Shown one piece after another: positions 59,915 to 64,000 of a stretch of 64,000 nt of DNA (the first letter of the stretch is position 1; the number at the start of each line of letters is the position of its first letter). The DNA lies in NCBI GenBank assembly GCA_963827275.1, contig CAWHAA010000004.1, positions 288,001-352,000 on the forward strand. The letters are read 5' to 3'. The position numbers and the translations under genes are program-made. The notes under the pieces were generated by a model. The model did not search any database, was not told where the DNA came from, and saw only the letters and a list, made by a program, of their open reading frames with translations. Source of the stretch: an uncultured Spirochaetota bacterium. GTDB taxonomy: Bacteria > Spirochaetota > UBA4802 > UBA5550.

Positions 59915-60880
59915 ATGGCCCCACGAAACCTGCTCAAGGGCTTTAAAAGACCAAGTAAAATTACATTCGAACACGATGAGTTACAGCCGAATTATGGTCG
60001 CTTTGTCGCTGAGCCTTTTGAAAAGGGCTATGGGTTGACTATAGGAAATTCACTGCGGCGCGTATTGCTGTCGTCGATAGAAGGCGCGGCGATAACCGCC
60101 ATCAAGATTGAGGGCGTTCCTCATGAATTTTTCACCATCCCCGGCGTGTTCGAGGATGTCACGAGGATAATACTCAATCTGAAAAAGCTGCGGTTCAAGT
60201 ACGCCGGCGAGCTTCAGAAGGTGCTGCACGTCAAGAAGACGGGCCCCGGGGAGCTGAAGGGGGAAGACTTCAGCGTGGATTCTGAAATCGAGATCATGAA
60301 CCAGGAACAAATTGTCGCCACCCTCAACGATTCAGGCGTGATCGACATGGAAGTGCAGATCGAGCGCGGCAGGGGTTATGTCCCGGCCGAGGTGAATAAA
60401 TCCAACACCGAGACCGTGGGCGTTATCCCGATTGACTCCATATTTTCACCGGTAAAAAAGGTGAACGTGAAGGTGGAAGATACCCGCGTCGGACAGCGGA
60501 CCGACTTTGACAAGCTGATCCTCGAGATATGGACTGACGGCTCCATAACGCCCGATGACGCGCTCGCGCACGCGGCGAAGATAATCAAGGACCACATGAC
60601 GATCTTCATCAATTTTGAAGAGGAAGTCGAGGAAGAGATAGAGGAAGTAGATGAAAATATCGAGAAGATGAGGTCCCTCCTGGCCAAATCGATCGATGAG
60701 ATAGAGCTTTCGGTTCGGTCGTATAACACGCTGAAGAGCCAGGATGTGTCCACGCTGGAACAGCTGGTGAAGAAGACCGAAGATGAGCTGAAAAAATCAA
60801 AGCATTACAGTGATCTGGTTCTTCATGAAATTAAATCGAAGCTGGATTCACTGCATTTAAGCTTGGGATTAAAGGATTAA
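59915..60880 (+). CDS. rpoA: RNA polymerase alpha subunit
   Basis: TIGNSLRRVLLSSIEG, GRGYV and ELSVRS. Confidence 0.98.
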   Translation: MAPRNLLKGFKRPSKITFEHDELQPNYGRFVAEPFEKGYGLTIGNSLRRVLLSSIEGAAITAIKIEGVPHEFFTIPGVFEDVTRIILNLKKLRFKYAGELQKVLHVKKTGPGELKGEDFSVDSEIEIMNQEQIVATLNDSGVIDMEVQIERGRGYVPAEVNKSNTETVGVIPIDSIFSPVKKVNVKVEDTRVGQRTDFDKLILEIWTDGSITPDDALAHAAKIIKDHMTIFINFEEEVEEEIEEVDENIEKMRSLLAKSIDEIELSVRSYNTLKSQDVSTLEQLVKKTEDELKKSKHYSDLVLHEIKSKLDSLHLSLGLKD

Positions 60881-60892
60881 ACGGGAACGGAC

Positions 60893-61432
60893 ATGAGGCA
60901 CAAGAATAGCGTAAAACAGCTGGGTAGGACGCATGCGCACAGGAAGGCGATGTTTGGCAACATGGTCACTTCCTTGTTCAGGCATGAAAGGATCGTGACG
61001 ACGAAAGAAAAAGGGAAAGAGCTAAAGCGGATCTCGGAACGCCTGATCACCAGGGCCAAGAGAAACATGGACCTGCCCGCCGCAGAAGACGGGAAGAAGC
61101 TGCATAATAAACGCGAGGTCATGAAAGTGGTGAAGGACAGGGAAGTCCTTACAAAGCTATTCGAGGACATCGCCCCGCGCTTCAAGGACAGAAAAGGCGG
61201 TTACACGAGAATATACCTTCTCGGCAAAAGGGCCGGTGATGCGGCGGAAATGTCGATTGTTGAGCTGGTTGACAGGAAGATTGTTGAGAAAAAGCCGGCT
61301 GAAAAAGAAAAGGACAAGGACGCCAAGAAAGAGAAAAAGCCGAAAAAAGAAGTGAAGAGCAAAGAAGAAAAAAAAGAGAAACCGAAGAAAGAGCCTAAAG
61401 AAAAGAAGGCAAAGAAAAAAGAAGATAAATAA
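60893..61432 (+). CDS. rplQ: 50S ribosomal protein L17 with Lys/Glu-rich tail
   Basis: MRHK..LGRT..HRKAM, GGYTRI and GDAAEM. Confidence 0.97.
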   Translation: MRHKNSVKQLGRTHAHRKAMFGNMVTSLFRHERIVTTKEKGKELKRISERLITRAKRNMDLPAAEDGKKLHNKREVMKVVKDREVLTKLFEDIAPRFKDRKGGYTRIYLLGKRAGDAAEMSIVELVDRKIVEKKPAEKEKDKDAKKEKKPKKEVKSKEEKKEKPKKEPKEKKAKKKEDK

Positions 61433-61441
61433 AAGCGAGAG

Positions 61442-61473
61442 AAAAAAACCGGGCATTCAGCCCGGTTTTTTTT
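61442..61473. terminator. Bidirectional terminator ending the alpha operon
   Basis: A7-CCGGGC-attca-GCCCGG-T8. Confidence 0.92.
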
Positions 61474-61485
61474 GCTGTTCTCCTG

Positions 61486-62355
61486 TCATCCCTCGCCGGT
61501 TCCGCCCTGGTTCTTTTTGAGTTTACGCAGTTCAACTGAATGGATGAGCCGCATGTTGTCGTTGGCGTCAACCTTGTATTGCTCCGGTATCCTGTCGTCG
61601 AAAACCGGGATGATTGAGCCATGGGAGGTATTGTATTTGAGCATGCTTTTGCCGAGCTGGTTTATGTTTTTGACCCGGTGGATCTCGATCCCGGTCTCCT
61701 TTGCCTCGCGGCAGAGAGTCACCACCCTTGAATAGCTGTGAATGATGTAGTTTATGTTCTGCGTGGTGAGGGTTGTCTTTTTCCTCAAAATCGCCGTCTC
61801 CGGGTCCTCAAAGATATTTTTCGCGGCGTGATATTTTTTGTATCCCTCGCGGAGGTATGACTCTATCTTTTCCCTGTCGTGGAAAAGGTGGTATTTATCA
61901 GGGTCATAGGGCTTGATGTCTTTCATCGGGTCATAGGGCCTGGCGAAATACATTGCAAGCCCGCTTTTTTTACTGTATTCGATGAGGTTGTCAAAGGCGT
62001 CCTTTGACGTGGAGTCGAGTATATCTTTTGTACGCTTCAGATAAATGTCATCGATAGTTTCGAGGAGCGATATCATCTCCATCTTTAATTTTTTAAATTT
62101 CGAGGTGGAAATGGTGAAATTCTGTCCGTAATAATTTTCTCCCGCATCCTGAAATTGTACCTTCAGGTCGGAAAATCGTTTTTTTAACGCCTCGTCGCCG
62201 AAATTTTCGACCATGACCCTGATTTCCCGGAGCTTGGTCATGGTCAGGCCGTAATCCTGGTAGGACTTGACCGTCGGGGAGATAGCGTGCAGGGCCCCTG
62301 GTGAAAGGGCCATCATAAAAAATGTACTTGCCAGTAACAGCGTTAATCTTTTCAT
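61486..62355 (-). CDS. Exported helical hypothetical protein (possibly Leptospira OmpL37-like)
   Basis: Signal peptide ALHA-I; all-alpha composition; family resemblance from memory only. Confidence 0.6.
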   Translation of the reverse strand: MKRLTLLLASTFFMMALSPGALHAISPTVKSYQDYGLTMTKLREIRVMVENFGDEALKKRFSDLKVQFQDAGENYYGQNFTISTSKFKKLKMEMISLLETIDDIYLKRTKDILDSTSKDAFDNLIEYSKKSGLAMYFARPYDPMKDIKPYDPDKYHLFHDREKIESYLREGYKKYHAAKNIFEDPETAILRKKTTLTTQNINYIIHSYSRVVTLCREAKETGIEIHRVKNINQLGKSMLKYNTSHGSIIPVFDDRIPEQYKVDANDNMRLIHSVELRKLKKNQGGTGEG

Positions 62356-62575
62356 GACATTTTCCTTGATAATGTATTAGGCATAGTAGCATGCTATTCA
62401 AATCAGATCCGGCCCAGAATTTAAGCAATCTGCAACCCCATATAAATTTTCGACAGGAAATATTGAAATCTTTACGATTATATTGGCCCGTTCAGGAGGG
62501 ACGGAATCTTGATTGAGGGCACGGGCACACGAAGAAAATATATGACGCATTTTATCCCCATTATTAAAAAGGTTA

Positions 62576-62603
62576 TTGATTAATTTTAATTACATTTTAT
62601 AAT
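62576..62603 (+). promoter_or_regulatory. Putative sigma70 promoter
   Basis: TTGATT-16 nt-TATAAT upstream of the DUF2225 gene. Confidence 0.55.
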
Positions 62604-62642
62604 GATATTGTTGGATGGTCAGAACAGTATTCGGAGTGCGGC

Positions 62643-63521
62643 ATGGATAAAGATTTAAAGTTATCATTCCGGCAGAAGAATCCGTCGGTTTGCCCGGTAT
62701 GCTCATTTGAGTTTCATCGTGAAGAATTGCTGTCGGGCGGCGGCAGATTGATCGCGGGCAAATTGACGGATGAATTGAAGCGAAATTATGATGTGAGTAA
62801 AAAATACGGCAGGGTATACCCGCTTGCCTATGTGTTGACCGTATGTCCGAGTTGCTATTATTCGGCCTTTCCCAAGGACTTTGAGACGCTGGACAATGGC
62901 GAAGTCGACAAGATCCGCGAGCTCACTCCGGCGAGAAAAAATGTCATAAAAAAATTTTTTGGCGACCTCGATTTTAACGGGAACCGCGAGCTGAAAACCG
63001 GCGCCGCTTCGTACATGCTGGCGGTCGACTGTTACAGCTACAGGAACAGGAAAATCGCTCCCACGTTCAAGATCGCGCTGTCGTCGTTACGCGCGGCGTG
63101 GCTGTTCAACGATCTTGCGAAGGAGCAGCCCGATGGCTCCTTTGGAAAAATTGCGGTGTTTTTCTATAAGAAGGCGTATCAGTCATATGTTAAACTGATC
63201 GATATTTTGCAGACCGGCGCTGAGCCGGTCGAGGCGGCCGGCAACCTGGGACCCGATACCGATAAGAACTGGGGCTACGAGGGGGTCCTGTACCTTACTG
63301 CGGTCCTGACCCTCAAAGTCGGCGCCAAGGAAACAGACCCGAAAAAGAGGATGGAAGACTTCGAAAAATGCAAGCGCTACCTCAGCCGCCTGTTCGGTTC
63401 CGGCAAGACATCGAAGTCGAAACCGAGCGAGTTGCTGGACAAGACAAAAGACGTGTATGATAAAATAAATCAGATGATAGATGAATGGAAACAGGGAGAG
63501 GGACAGACAACAGAAGGCTAG
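62643..63521 (+). CDS. DUF2225-family protein
   Basis: CPVC...CPSCYY Zn motif; LRAAWL helical region. Confidence 0.8.
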   Translation: MDKDLKLSFRQKNPSVCPVCSFEFHREELLSGGGRLIAGKLTDELKRNYDVSKKYGRVYPLAYVLTVCPSCYYSAFPKDFETLDNGEVDKIRELTPARKNVIKKFFGDLDFNGNRELKTGAASYMLAVDCYSYRNRKIAPTFKIALSSLRAAWLFNDLAKEQPDGSFGKIAVFFYKKAYQSYVKLIDILQTGAEPVEAAGNLGPDTDKNWGYEGVLYLTAVLTLKVGAKETDPKKRMEDFEKCKRYLSRLFGSGKTSKSKPSELLDKTKDVYDKINQMIDEWKQGEGQTTEG

Positions 63522-64000
63522 CCCTCGAGGTACAGTACGACGGGACAAGTTTCAACGGGTGGCAGGTCCAGAACGGGGGAAGAACGGTACAGGGTGAAAT
63601 TGAAAAGGCGATCCGTATATTACTCAGGGAGGAGAAACGGGTTGTCGCGTCCGGGAGGACCGACACCGGGGTCCATGCCATCTGCCAGATCGTTCATTTT
63701 GATACCACCAGCGAGATCGGGCTCCAGCGCGCCTGCATCGGGCTGAACGGGATTCTGCCCCGCGACGTATCAGTGAAAAACGTTTATCATGTCCCCGGCG
63801 ATTTCCATGCGCGTTTCGGCGCGGTTGCGAGGAGGTACCGCTATTGTATATACAACCATCCGTCGAGGACCCCGTTCATGCAGCACCGCGCAATGTGGGT
63901 TCATGAACGGCTGGATGTCGAATACATGAAGCGGGTTGCGTCGCACCTGGTCGGGGAGAGGGACTTTTCCTCGTTCTGCAAAAAGCGGGAATCAAAAAAG
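63485..64000 (+). CDS. truA: tRNA pseudouridine(38-40) synthase (3' truncated by window)
   Basis: Read by hand: QYDGTSFNGWQ, TVQGEIE, SGRTDTGVHA, FHARF and DFSSF. Confidence 0.95.
   Translation, partial: METGRGTDNRRLALEVQYDGTSFNGWQVQNGGRTVQGEIEKAIRILLREEKRVVASGRTDTGVHAICQIVHFDTTSEIGLQRACIGLNGILPRDVSVKNVYHVPGDFHARFGAVARRYRYCIYNHPSRTPFMQHRAMWVHERLDVEYMKRVASHLVGERDFSSFCKKRESKK

Overview
Core-chromosome segment of a GC-rich bacterium, most likely a Spirochaetota lineage related to Leptospira. The evidence is the L14 insertion, the L1 loop, the RpoA N-terminus and alpha-CTD, RpoB Asn at the E. coli S531 position, spirochaete-type lipoproteins and DUF2225-truA linkage; these family resemblances are recalled, not searched. 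The first ~31 kb is mixed: TetR-TolC-FecR-like lipoprotein, a TPR protein, a CIRCE-controlled hsp20-dnaK pair, a cluster-less MutY, a sugar-sensing PP2C phosphatase plus STAS, an amidohydrolase with two cyclic-nucleotide-binding proteins, tRNA-Arg-prfA-prmC, nth-rdgB, a two-component pair, a DegT-like protein lacking its catalytic Lys, and rlpA. 31-61.5 kb is the ribosomal superoperon (tRNA-Thr, rpmG-secE-nusG-rplKAJL-rpoBC, str, S10, spc, alpha), followed by two hypothetical genes and truA. About 20 frameshifts, nearly all +1, hit essential genes between 17.5 and 45.3 kb and are best read as sequencing or assembly errors. No CRISPR array, prophage, integrase or transposase was seen. Best leads: the putative cyclic-nucleotide deaminase/receptor module, a str-operon EF-G with degenerate translocation loops that is insulated by structured spacers, the DegT pseudo-enzyme, and several unusual structured spacers in the ribosomal operons.
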